Origin: Patescibacteria group bacterium
GTDB lineage: Bacteria; Patescibacteriota; JAHJAL01
DNA length: 51,295 nucleotides
Direction: 5' to 3'
Assembly (NCBI GenBank): GCA_049322675.1
Contig: JBMORM010000020.1
Coordinates: 1 to 51,295 of the forward strand
Under the pieces are notes generated by a model. It was not told the origin of the DNA. It ran no database searches and saw only the letters and a program-made list of their open reading frames with translations. This document shows, piece by piece, positions 18,023 to 26,792 of the stretch; within the stretch, counting starts at the first letter, position 1, and every line of letters begins with the position of its first letter. Position numbers and translations under genes: made by a program.

Positions 18023-18136
18023 GAAGCATTTAATATGCTAAGTATATGGTCTAGAGCCATACTATTTATTGATGCCAGCGAAGTAGGTTATATGGAAGAT
18101 CGGACATATTTCAAAAATGTATGGTTTGAACTATAG
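18023..18136 (+). pseudogene. possible remnant of an N6-adenine DNA methyltransferase gene (C-terminal fragment)
   Basis: The short open frame ...LSIWSRAILFIDASEVGYMEDRTYFKNVWFEL* resembles the conserved (L)FIDA(R/S)..G.M.DRT block found after the catalytic domain of type I/IIG gamma-class methylases. There is no start codon context and the upstream part is missing. Confidence 0.3.
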
Positions 18137-18192
18137 AAATTACTTAGCTGATTTGTTAAGATAAAGGTGATTAATTTTTTAAATAGTGAATT

Positions 18193-19044
18193 ATGATGAA
18201 AAGAAAAATAAAAGTTAAAGGCAAGGAAATTTTGTTGTTAAGTAAGGAAAAAGAAGATTATATTTCGCTGACTGATATTGCCAGATATAAGAATGCGGAG
18301 ACAACAGGACTAGTGATTTCTCATTGGTTGAGTACTCGGTATACTATTGAGTTTTTGGGTATTTGGGAACGAATTAATAATCCAAATTTTAATGTTACGG
18401 AATTCAGTAACATTAAAAATAATGCCGGTTCAAATGGTTTTGTTTTATCGAATAAACAATGGATAGAAAAAACCGGGGCAATTGGTATTATTTCCAAATC
18501 TGGCAGATATACAGGCGGGACTTATGCGCACAAGGATATTGCATTTGAATTTGCTTCTTGGATTAGTCCGGAGTTTAAGCTGTATTTGATCAAAGATTAT
18601 CAGCGTCTCAAAGAGCAAGAGATTGAAAGAGAAAAACTGGGTTGGGATCTAAAGAGAAATTTAGCCAAGATAAATTATAGAATTCATACTGACGCAATCA
18701 AGGAATATATTATTCCGAAAAAATTGAGTGGTAATGATAAGTTTGTTTATGCCAATGAGGCGGATTTGTTGAATAAAGCATTGTTTGGACAAACTGCTTT
18801 GGAATGGAAAAAAACTAATCCTGATAAAGAAGGGAATATCAGAGATTATGCAGATGTCGCCCAACTGGTGGTGTTGGTCAATTTGGAAAATTTGAACGCG
18901 GAATTTATCAGGCAGGGTTTGGTGCCGGAGGTGAGATTGGAGAAATTAAATGAAATTGCGATTATGCAAATTGAAGCGTTGGTGGGTAATAGGAGTGTGA
19001 GGAGGTTGGAAGATTTGGACAACAAAAAAGGGCCATCGTCCTAA
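18193..19044 (+). CDS. KilA-N domain-containing protein
   Basis: 283 aa. The N-terminus IKVKGKEILLLSKEKEDYISLTDIARYKN...ISHWLSTRYTIEFLGIWE matches the KilA-N DNA-binding domain pattern common in phage, plasmid and defense-island contexts. Confidence 0.8.
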   Translation: MMKRKIKVKGKEILLLSKEKEDYISLTDIARYKNAETTGLVISHWLSTRYTIEFLGIWERINNPNFNVTEFSNIKNNAGSNGFVLSNKQWIEKTGAIGIISKSGRYTGGTYAHKDIAFEFASWISPEFKLYLIKDYQRLKEQEIEREKLGWDLKRNLAKINYRIHTDAIKEYIIPKKLSGNDKFVYANEADLLNKALFGQTALEWKKTNPDKEGNIRDYADVAQLVVLVNLENLNAEFIRQGLVPEVRLEKLNEIAIMQIEALVGNRSVRRLEDLDNKKGPSS

Positions 19045-19131
19045 CGGTCAACGCTCTTCTTTTTGATTATAGAAATGTTTATATGGTTTTAGAATATTTT
19101 GAAGATAATTGTAATGTGTTTTATTTGGGAT

Positions 19132-19235
19132 AAAAAGTAAAAAACCTCCGGTTTGGTTGCTGGAGGTTTTTCTTAAGAAAAAATTAATATTTGGGGTGTA
19201 TGATGGGGGCGTTGAGGTTGTTTTGGTGGTAAAAT
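19132..19235 (+). repeat. 104-bp direct repeat, copy 2 (terminator hairpin at 19139..19171)
   Basis: Same sequence as 17843..17946 apart from G>A and C>T. The C>T change converts one stem pair to a G-U wobble. Confidence 0.9.
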
Positions 19236-19266
19236 GAGCGTGTATATTATTTTTTTATAAATCAAT

Positions 19267-20196
19267 ATGGCTTTATACCAATTGGGTAAACAAAAAATAT
19301 GTTTGATCGAAGAAAAGAAAATTGATCTGGAAAAAAATATTCAAGGAGTGATTGAAAATAATTTGGATGAAATATTTGGGCTGCAATTTGTTTGTAGTGA
19401 GTTGCCGCTGCATAATTTTCGGATTGATACATTGGCTTTTGATGAAGAAACAAAATCGTTTGTGATTATTGAATACAAAAGAGACAAGAGTATTAGTATT
19501 GTTGATCAAGGCTTTAGTTATCTGGCTTTGATGATAAACAACAAGGCCGATTTTGTGCTGGAATACAACGAAAAACTGGGAAAAAATTTGAATAAGACGG
19601 CGATTGACTGGTCGCAGTCGAGGGTGGTATTTATTGCCAATAGTTTTACTACTTACCAACAAAATGCGATCAATTTTAAAGATTTGCCGATAGAATTGTA
19701 TGAAGTAAAAATTTTTGAAGACGATATTTTGTCAATCAACCAATTGAAACCAATTTCGTCGACCGAGTCGATCAAGACGATTTCAAAATCCAAGAATGTG
19801 GAGACGGTGAGCAAGGAGATAAAAATTTATACGGTTGAAGATCATTTCAAACCGGGGTGGGAAAAATCGCGGGAGTTGTTTGATGATTTGCGAGAGAAGA
19901 TTTTGGGATTGGATGATCGGATTGAGGAAAAATTTAATAAACCATATATCGGGTATCAGGTTGGTCGCAAAAATATTGTGGCGGTGATCGCGCAAAAACA
20001 GAAGTTGATTTTTGAATTGAATCGGACTGATATTCGAAACAAGGAAGTCAAAGATCCGGAGAAAAAAGTATATTATCGAAAAGATAGTAAGGAATATTTT
20101 AATCAACACATTAGTCGTTTTGATATCAATAATTTTAATGATGTTGATTATGCAGTGTTTTTGGCAAAGCAAGTTTGGGAGAGGTTTTTTAAATAA
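19267..20196 (+). CDS. PD-(D/E)xK nuclease-like (NucS/DUF91-type) N-terminal domain plus DUF5655-like C-terminal domain protein
   Basis: The N-terminus has the pattern LEKNIQGVIENNLDEIFGLQFVCSELPLHNFRIDTLAFDEETKSFVIIEYKRDK (D...ExK). The C-terminal half (YTVEDHF...PYIGYQV...) resembles DUF5655. It ends 8 nt before the methylase start. Confidence 0.55.
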   Translation: MALYQLGKQKICLIEEKKIDLEKNIQGVIENNLDEIFGLQFVCSELPLHNFRIDTLAFDEETKSFVIIEYKRDKSISIVDQGFSYLALMINNKADFVLEYNEKLGKNLNKTAIDWSQSRVVFIANSFTTYQQNAINFKDLPIELYEVKIFEDDILSINQLKPISSTESIKTISKSKNVETVSKEIKIYTVEDHFKPGWEKSRELFDDLREKILGLDDRIEEKFNKPYIGYQVGRKNIVAVIAQKQKLIFELNRTDIRNKEVKDPEKKVYYRKDSKEYFNQHISRFDINNFNDVDYAVFLAKQVWERFFK

Positions 20197-20204
20197 TAAA
20201 TAAT

Positions 20205-22235
20205 ATGAATATTTCACAATTAATAAAATCTGATGGTAAATACGATTTATCAATTTTTTCTGGGGAGAGTATTGATCGTATTGAAAAAAATATTTTTGAA
20301 AAAAATGAGAAATATTTTGTTAAATGTCTAAAAAGGAATAAAGACATTCAAGTAAAACCGGAAGAGATTGTAAGGCAGTTGATGATTGATAAATTGTTAA
20401 GTGAATATGGCTACACAGTTGATTTGATTGATGTGGAATATGTTGTTTCTTTTGGTCGGGAGAAAAAATTTGCCGATATTGTGATTTTGAATAAAGCTGA
20501 TAAAACGAGTATTTATTGTGTGTTGGAAATCAAAAAGCACAAGGCGCAGGATGGCAAAGATCAATTAAAAAGTTATACCAATGCGACTGGTGCGCCGTTG
20601 GCTGTTTGGACCAATGGAGTGGAAATAAATTATTATGAAAGACTAGATCCAAACTATTTTGAACCGCTTTCTGATTTGCCAAAAGCAAATGAAACAATTG
20701 ATGATGTAAAAAATGAAAAATTTACATATTTGGAATTGATGCAAAAAGACAGACTCTTGGAAGAGAGAAAGTCTTTGAAATCTTTGATCCAAGAAATGGA
20801 AGATGAGGTATTGTCCAATGCTGGTGTGGATGTTTTCGAAGAAGTATTTAAACTAATATTTACGAAATTGTATGACGAAATGGAAAGTGCTGATGATCGA
20901 GTAAATATTGAAACTCAATATAAAATAGTTAAAAAACAAAATCCGGAATTAGCTGATAAGCAAATTCTAGAAAAAGTTGACAGTGATGGTTTTAGAAAAT
21001 TGGAATTTAGAAGTCGAGGAGATGCACATCATACCAAAGAAGTAATAAATAATTTGTACCAAAAAGCCAAAGACAAATGGCAAGGTATTTTTGAAAAAGG
21101 TGAGCCACTACGAATTACTGACGAAAACCACTTACAAATTTGTGTGGGTTTTTTGCAGAATGTGAAATTATTTAATTCTAATTTGCAAGTAATAGATGAA
21201 GCTTTTGAATACTTGGTCAACAAATCTGCCAAGGGAGAAAAAGGGCAATATTTCACACCTAGAAATGTGATTGATATGTGTGTTTATATGATGAATCCGC
21301 AAGCTAACGAATATATGATTGATACGGCTTGTGGCAGTTGTGGATTTACGGTCCATACACTTTTTAATGTTTGGCAAAAATTGGTCAATCAAGGCAAAGC
21401 ACATTTTGCCAATTTTTCCAATCAAAAACTGACGAGTGAACAAAAAAATTATGTTGATAAAGTTTTCGGAATTGATTTTGATGAAAAATCTGTTCGCGTG
21501 GCTCGTACTCTAAATATGATTGCTGGAGATGGCAGGACAAATGTATTGCATTTGAATACTTTGGATTACACGAGATGGGAAGAAAAATTAAAAGATAATT
21601 CGTGGGCAAAAACGTATCTTGAAGGATATTATCGACTGTTAGATTTGGCAAAAGATCGTCAAAATCCCAAAGATTTTAATTTTGATATCGTAATGGCAAA
21701 CCCGCCTTTTGCGGGGGATATAAAAGATAGCAGATTGATTTCCAATTATGAAGTTGCCTTTAATGGCAAAAAGAAAGCAAACAAAGTTTCTCGTGACGTT
21801 TTGTTTATTGAGAGAAATTTGGATTTTCTCAAACCGGGTGGTCGGATGGCGATTGTGTTACCGCAGGGGAGATTTAATAATACTAGTGATGAAAAGATTA
21901 GAAATTTTGTTATGGAGAGGGCGAGATTGATCGCAGTGGTGGGGCTAGATGGAAATACATTTAAACCCCATACAGGCACAAAAACTTCTGTCTTGTTTGT
22001 ACAAAAATGGGATGATGAGATCAATCCAAAAGTTGATGATTATGAGATTTTTATGGCAGTGAGTGAGTGTAGCGGAAAAGATAATTCTGGGCTTGAGATT
22101 TATGAGATGGATGAAAATGGGGAGAGAAAACTGGATGAACATAATCATTTGATTCAAAAGCATGATCTGAAAGATATTGCGGAGGCTTTTGAGAAGTGGG
22201 CAAGAGGGCAAAAGCTTGGTTTTTGGAAATTTTAG
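20205..22235 (+). CDS. hsdM: N6-adenine DNA methyltransferase (type I HsdM-like, gamma class) with a fused N-terminal HsdR_N-type PD-(D/E)xK domain
   Basis: Motif I is IDTACGSCGF and motif IV is ANPPFAG, with YFTPRNVIDMCVYMM upstream. The N-terminal ~190 aa carry EEIVRQLMIDKLL...FADIVIL...YCVLEIKK (D-Xn-E-X-K). Confidence 0.88.
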   Translation: MNISQLIKSDGKYDLSIFSGESIDRIEKNIFEKNEKYFVKCLKRNKDIQVKPEEIVRQLMIDKLLSEYGYTVDLIDVEYVVSFGREKKFADIVILNKADKTSIYCVLEIKKHKAQDGKDQLKSYTNATGAPLAVWTNGVEINYYERLDPNYFEPLSDLPKANETIDDVKNEKFTYLELMQKDRLLEERKSLKSLIQEMEDEVLSNAGVDVFEEVFKLIFTKLYDEMESADDRVNIETQYKIVKKQNPELADKQILEKVDSDGFRKLEFRSRGDAHHTKEVINNLYQKAKDKWQGIFEKGEPLRITDENHLQICVGFLQNVKLFNSNLQVIDEAFEYLVNKSAKGEKGQYFTPRNVIDMCVYMMNPQANEYMIDTACGSCGFTVHTLFNVWQKLVNQGKAHFANFSNQKLTSEQKNYVDKVFGIDFDEKSVRVARTLNMIAGDGRTNVLHLNTLDYTRWEEKLKDNSWAKTYLEGYYRLLDLAKDRQNPKDFNFDIVMANPPFAGDIKDSRLISNYEVAFNGKKKANKVSRDVLFIERNLDFLKPGGRMAIVLPQGRFNNTSDEKIRNFVMERARLIAVVGLDGNTFKPHTGTKTSVLFVQKWDDEINPKVDDYEIFMAVSECSGKDNSGLEIYEMDENGERKLDEHNHLIQKHDLKDIAEAFEKWARGQKLGFWKF

Positions 22236-22252
22236 TTTTTACTTACATAAGA

Positions 22253-24064
22253 ATGAAATACACTAAATTTATTGTCAAAAAATTCAAAGGTATTGAAAGG
22301 TTGGAACTAGATCTGACAAAATATCCTGTTGGAAAAATTTTCCCATTGGTTGGATTAAATGAGAGCGGAAAAACAACTATTTTAGAATCTCTAAATTTCT
22401 TTCAAGAAGATTTGTCTGATGGGAAAAAACATGAAATTCTACATAAAAAGGACAGTGGGAGCTTTACAGGAAATATCGAGGTTGAAGCTGAGTTATTGTT
22501 GGACGATGGTGATAATAAAATCATTAAAGATTATCTAAATTCTAAATCCTTTAAAATTGAAAATGATATTGAAAGAATTACGATTACAAAAAAATATATT
22601 TTTAAAAATGCTTCATTTGAAAAGTCAGAATCGACTTGGTTTTGGAATCCAAGCTTAAAGGTAAAAACTGGTACGCAAAGATCTTACAAGGGTTTGTATC
22701 CTGAGAATGAAGAGGTATGGAAAGAGCTAACGAATGAAGTTAAGAAAATTATTCCTAAAATATTATATTTTCCCGATTTTCTTTTCGATTTTCCAACAAA
22801 AATATATTTAGAAAATATCGAAACCATAACAAGTGAAAAGGAAAAAGAAGTACAAAAAGAGTATAAACAAATAATTGACGACATATTACATACCATTAAT
22901 TCTAATTATTCAATCAACGATTTTTTAACAAAACTAAAAGCTTTAACTGATACCGCAAAACAATCTGCTGCCTCTCAAATAAAACAAGAAATTTCTTCAA
23001 TTTTAAATCAAAAAATCGTAGCTCCTTGGCAAGAGATATTTCAGGGACCAAATAAAAACATCATTATTGAAACTGGTAATGATCAAACAGGGTATTTTAT
23101 CCAGTTGAAAGTGAATGAAGGCACAAGTCATTTTTTGATAAATGAAAGGAGTCTTGGTTTTAGATGGTTTTTTGGTTTTATTCTTTTTACAGAATTTAGA
23201 AAAGCGAGAGCTGATGAAAGTGGTGAATATCTTTTTTTATTTGATGAACCAGCAAGCAATTTGCATGAAAGTTCTCAGCAGAAATTGTTATCTCTTTTTG
23301 AAAATTTGATTGATAAATCAAAAATAATATATTCAACACATAGCCCATATCTTATAAATCCAAAATATATTTTAAATTGTTTTATAGTTAAAGATGCAGG
23401 AAGGGAAAATTCAAATGATTATGATTTTAGACAAAATATTAATGCAATACCATATAGGCAGTTTGTAGCAAATTATCCGGATGAAGAAACACATTTTAAG
23501 CCAATTCTTGATGTTTTGCAATTTTGTGCTACCGATTTTGATTTGGCAGACAAGATTGTGTTTTTTGAAGGGAAATTTGATTACTATACTTTTAAATGGA
23601 TATTAAAAACTTTTTTTAATGATGCTTGTTTTGATTTTAAGTTTTATCCAGGGGCAAGCGTTGATAAATATGAAAACATTTTTAGAGAATATTTAGCTCA
23701 TAATAAAAAATTTGTTGCTATTTTTGATGCAGATGGGAATGAGACCACAAAAGGTAAAGGAGCAAAAAATAGGTACATAAACAATATTTCTCAAGAGCTA
23801 GAAAAACAAGTATTTACTCTCAATGATGTAGATCAAAATTTTGATACTTTTACTACAGAAAAGTTATTTACAGAAACTGAAAGATTACAAATTCAACAAA
23901 AATCATTTCCAAGTTATACTATTTTTAATAAAAATCATTTCAATTCAGCGATTCTAGAGCTTTTCATTAGTGAAGAATCTTTCACTTTATCAGACGAAAC
24001 AAAAGAAAATTTTAAAAAAATCCTTGAATTTATTAAAAATAAATTTACCCAATTAGATATATAA
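22253..24064 (+). CDS. OLD-family-like protein: ABC-type ATPase with a C-terminal Toprim/DUF4435-like domain
   Basis: ATG at 22253 (the ORF-track start at 22196 overlaps hsdM). Walker A is GLNESGKTT, Walker B is YLFLFDEPASNLH and the H-loop is YSTHSPYL. The C-terminus has KIVFFEGKFDYYTF (E-G-x-x-D) and VAIFDADG (DxD), typical of Toprim. Confidence 0.7.
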   Translation: MKYTKFIVKKFKGIERLELDLTKYPVGKIFPLVGLNESGKTTILESLNFFQEDLSDGKKHEILHKKDSGSFTGNIEVEAELLLDDGDNKIIKDYLNSKSFKIENDIERITITKKYIFKNASFEKSESTWFWNPSLKVKTGTQRSYKGLYPENEEVWKELTNEVKKIIPKILYFPDFLFDFPTKIYLENIETITSEKEKEVQKEYKQIIDDILHTINSNYSINDFLTKLKALTDTAKQSAASQIKQEISSILNQKIVAPWQEIFQGPNKNIIIETGNDQTGYFIQLKVNEGTSHFLINERSLGFRWFFGFILFTEFRKARADESGEYLFLFDEPASNLHESSQQKLLSLFENLIDKSKIIYSTHSPYLINPKYILNCFIVKDAGRENSNDYDFRQNINAIPYRQFVANYPDEETHFKPILDVLQFCATDFDLADKIVFFEGKFDYYTFKWILKTFFNDACFDFKFYPGASVDKYENIFREYLAHNKKFVAIFDADGNETTKGKGAKNRYINNISQELEKQVFTLNDVDQNFDTFTTEKLFTETERLQIQQKSFPSYTIFNKNHFNSAILELFISEESFTLSDETKENFKKILEFIKNKFTQLDI

Positions 24065-24066
24065 CT

Positions 24067-25425
24067 ATGCCCCAAATAAGCTACATAAAATATTCGGATA
24101 TTTTAAAAGAAAGTTCTGAACTTAGAATTGAAGCAGAATTTTATATTAATTTAAACAAATACAAGATTAAAAAGTTTATTTTTGGGAAAGATATTATTGA
24201 TTTTGTTCAATATGGAACTTCAAAAGACTTGAATGAAGAGCAAAAAGGTTTTCCAATTCTTAGATTAAATGAATTTGATGGATATTATATAGGGAGTCCT
24301 TCAAAATATTCCAATTTAATAACAAAAGAAATTTTCGAATCTTTGAAACTTAAAAAAGGAGATGTTTTGATTTGTAGAACTAATGGAAATCCACATTATG
24401 TTGGCAAATCTGCAATTTGTATGGAAAATTTAGAGGTGGGATATGCTTCATATTTATTTAGAATAAGACCAAATAAAGAAATAAATTCAGAATCTTTAAT
24501 GATCTATTTAAACTCTGATTATGGAAGAAACGAGATAGAAAAACATTCAATGGTTAGCAACCAAGCAAATTTTAGTCCTGCAAAATTTAGACAAATTAAA
24601 ATTCCTCTTCTTCCTCAATCTTTCCAACTACAAATCGAAGAAATCGTAAAATTCGCTTACCGAAAACAAACCCAATCCAAACAACTCTACCGCGAAGCCG
24701 AAAAATTGCTTTTGCAGGAACTTGGACTTTTGGATTATCGAGTCAAACATTCGCTTTGGTTTGCTACAACAAAAAAAGAAATTGATGAAGCCAAAAGATA
24801 TGATAGTGAATATTTTCAGCCGAAATATGCGGAGATTATAAGGAAAATTGAGGAATATGAGGGCGGATATTTCAAATTATCAGATAAAAATTATGCAAAA
24901 ATATCTCGTGGTTCATTGATTCCTGATAGTTTTTATAATTCAGAAAAAGGCAATCCGTATATCAGAGGCGCTGATTTTTCAAGTGGCATTTTAGGAAACG
25001 ATAAACTTGTATTTATTGATGATTCTTTTCAAAAGACAAGGGAGACGATGGTAAGAGAAAATGATATTGTTTTTTCATTAATAGGCAGTGTCGGAGCAAC
25101 TGCGATAGTTTCAAAAAATTTTGATAATTCATTTATTTCAAATAATACTGGAAAAATTCGTGTAATAAATTTTGATCCAGTTGTTTTGCAAATAATATTT
25201 CAGTCTGTTGTTGGAAAACTTCAATTTGAAAAAGAAAAAACTCAAACAGCGCAACCGAAAATTTCAAGTGATCAAGTCGGAAATTTCAAAATCCCTCTCA
25301 TTAAACAATCTATCCAACTACAAATCAATGAAAAAATCCAAGAGAGCCATAGATTGAGAAAAGAAAGTAAAAAATTATTGGAGGAGGCGAAGAGAAAAGT
25401 GGAGGAGGAGATTGAGAGGGGATAA
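24067..25425 (+). CDS. hsdS: type I restriction-modification specificity subunit (two TRDs)
   Basis: 452 aa with two target-recognition halves. Each half ends in the conserved helical spacer: IPLLPQSFQLQIEEIVKFAYRKQTQSKQLYREAEKLLLQELGL, and IPLIKQSIQLQINEKIQESHRLRKESKKLLEEAKRKVEEEIE. It starts 2 nt after the upstream stop. Confidence 0.88.
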   Translation: MPQISYIKYSDILKESSELRIEAEFYINLNKYKIKKFIFGKDIIDFVQYGTSKDLNEEQKGFPILRLNEFDGYYIGSPSKYSNLITKEIFESLKLKKGDVLICRTNGNPHYVGKSAICMENLEVGYASYLFRIRPNKEINSESLMIYLNSDYGRNEIEKHSMVSNQANFSPAKFRQIKIPLLPQSFQLQIEEIVKFAYRKQTQSKQLYREAEKLLLQELGLLDYRVKHSLWFATTKKEIDEAKRYDSEYFQPKYAEIIRKIEEYEGGYFKLSDKNYAKISRGSLIPDSFYNSEKGNPYIRGADFSSGILGNDKLVFIDDSFQKTRETMVRENDIVFSLIGSVGATAIVSKNFDNSFISNNTGKIRVINFDPVVLQIIFQSVVGKLQFEKEKTQTAQPKISSDQVGNFKIPLIKQSIQLQINEKIQESHRLRKESKKLLEEAKRKVEEEIERG

Positions 25426-25510
25426 AAGGTAGTCAAATCTTTGTTTGACAGTAATTATTTTTTATTTTATTATTAGTCATAGTAGTTATATATAGTTATA
25501 TATATTTTTC

Positions 25511-26173
25511 ATGAGAAATAAACTTTCTAAAAACCAGATGATTTTTTTCAAATTTTTAAAAAACTATATTTCTCGAAATAAATATTCTCCTACATATAGT
25601 GAAATGCTCGATTTGTTATCGGCAGAGGGACTGAGGATAAAAAGTAATAATAGTTTGGCTCAATATTTGAAGGTGCTGGAAAAAAAAGGATTAATTAAAA
25701 ACACTTCTTTGCCAAGGGGTATAAAACTTATAAAGGAAGAAGAAAAACAATGTTGTGCCATTCCTTTTTATGGTAAAGCAAATTGTGGTGAAGCATTAAT
25801 TTTTGCTGAAGATACGGTTAATGATTATATAAATATTTCTAGAAAGTATATTTCCGGTGATAAAAATGATTACTTTTTTGTTGAAGCTGATGGAAATTCG
25901 ATGAATAAGGATGGAATTAATAATGGTGATATGGTTTTGGTTAGAAAGAAAAATAATTATTTAAAGAATAAAAATGTTGTTGTGATAATCAATGGATTGG
26001 CAACAATTAAAAAATATATTGAAAAAGATGGTATAACATTTTTGGTTCCATCTTCAACAAATTCAAAACATAAACCAATAATACTGCATCCTGAAGATGA
26101 TATTAATTTTTGCGGTGAAGTAGAAAAGGTTTTTAGTTTTTCAGATATGGATAGCAAAGGAGGTCGAAGCTAA
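25511..26173 (+). CDS. lexA: LexA-like repressor (winged-helix plus S24 peptidase)
   Basis: The N-terminus LSKNQMIFFKFLKNYISRNKYSPTYSEMLDLL...LKVLEKKGLIK is a LexA DNA-binding domain pattern. The S24 catalytic Ser is in ADGNSM and the Lys is in ATIKKY. The linker is IPFYGKANCGEA. Confidence 0.8.
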   Translation: MRNKLSKNQMIFFKFLKNYISRNKYSPTYSEMLDLLSAEGLRIKSNNSLAQYLKVLEKKGLIKNTSLPRGIKLIKEEEKQCCAIPFYGKANCGEALIFAEDTVNDYINISRKYISGDKNDYFFVEADGNSMNKDGINNGDMVLVRKKNNYLKNKNVVVIINGLATIKKYIEKDGITFLVPSSTNSKHKPIILHPEDDINFCGEVEKVFSFSDMDSKGGRS

Positions 26174-26214
26174 CCTAAGTCTGAATTTATTCGTAAGACA
26201 TCCGAAAGGATTTA

Positions 26215-26514
26215 ATGTTTGGAAAAGATATGGAATATGCATGGTTAAAATTTCCCTCACAAGTATTGTATGCTCCAGAGACAAAAGGGGTATATTTATT
26301 GTCTGAATGGGCGTCTGAAAATAGTATTGTGTATATTGGGAAAGCAGATAGTTTGCATGAGCGACTTAGCCAACATCCAGATCCAAACAATCGTTGTTTG
26401 AATAGAAAAAGTATCAAATACTTTTCCTATGAAGAGTGTAGTAATCCTGACATTCGAGAAAAAGAATTGATACGAAAATATAATCCCGTATGCAATGATT
26501 TGCTAAAGGATTAA
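26215..26514 (+). CDS. small GIY-YIG nuclease-domain protein
   Basis: 99 aa with GVYLL (GIY), VYIGKA (YIG), LHERL (Arg), REKELI (Glu) and YNPVCN (Asn). Confidence 0.7.
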   Translation: MFGKDMEYAWLKFPSQVLYAPETKGVYLLSEWASENSIVYIGKADSLHERLSQHPDPNNRCLNRKSIKYFSYEECSNPDIREKELIRKYNPVCNDLLKD

Positions 26515-26520
26515 GAAAAC

Positions 26521-26555
26521 AGGCCTTTGAAAAAAATCAAAGGCCTCTCTTTTGT
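26521..26555 (+). terminator. intrinsic terminator
   Basis: AGGCCTTTGA-aaaaaa-TCAAAGGCCT 10-bp stem followed by CTCTTTTG. Confidence 0.6.
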
Positions 26556-26591
26556 ATTTATATTGTATATTTTTATTTAGTTATTTGAAAT

Positions 26592-26792
26592 GTGGATAAA
26601 AAAATTATGGAAAATTTAAGTTATTTTCTTTCTGTTGTTGCATCTGTCTTAGGTATTGCAGGTTTTGTCTGGTCTTGGATGAATCATGTCAAAATCAAAA
26701 AAATAAATAATTTTGGTAATTATTTTAGTAATATTCATTCTTCGAGAAATGGAAGAGACGGTATTCATATTGGAGATGATAGAAATGAATAA
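26592..26792 (+). CDS. small single-TM protein, hypothetical
   Basis: 66 aa with the TM segment LSYFLSVVASVLGIAGFVWSW. Its stop overlaps the next ATG (ATGAATAA). Confidence 0.4.
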   Translation: MDKKIMENLSYFLSVVASVLGIAGFVWSWMNHVKIKKINNFGNYFSNIHSSRNGRDGIHIGDDRNE

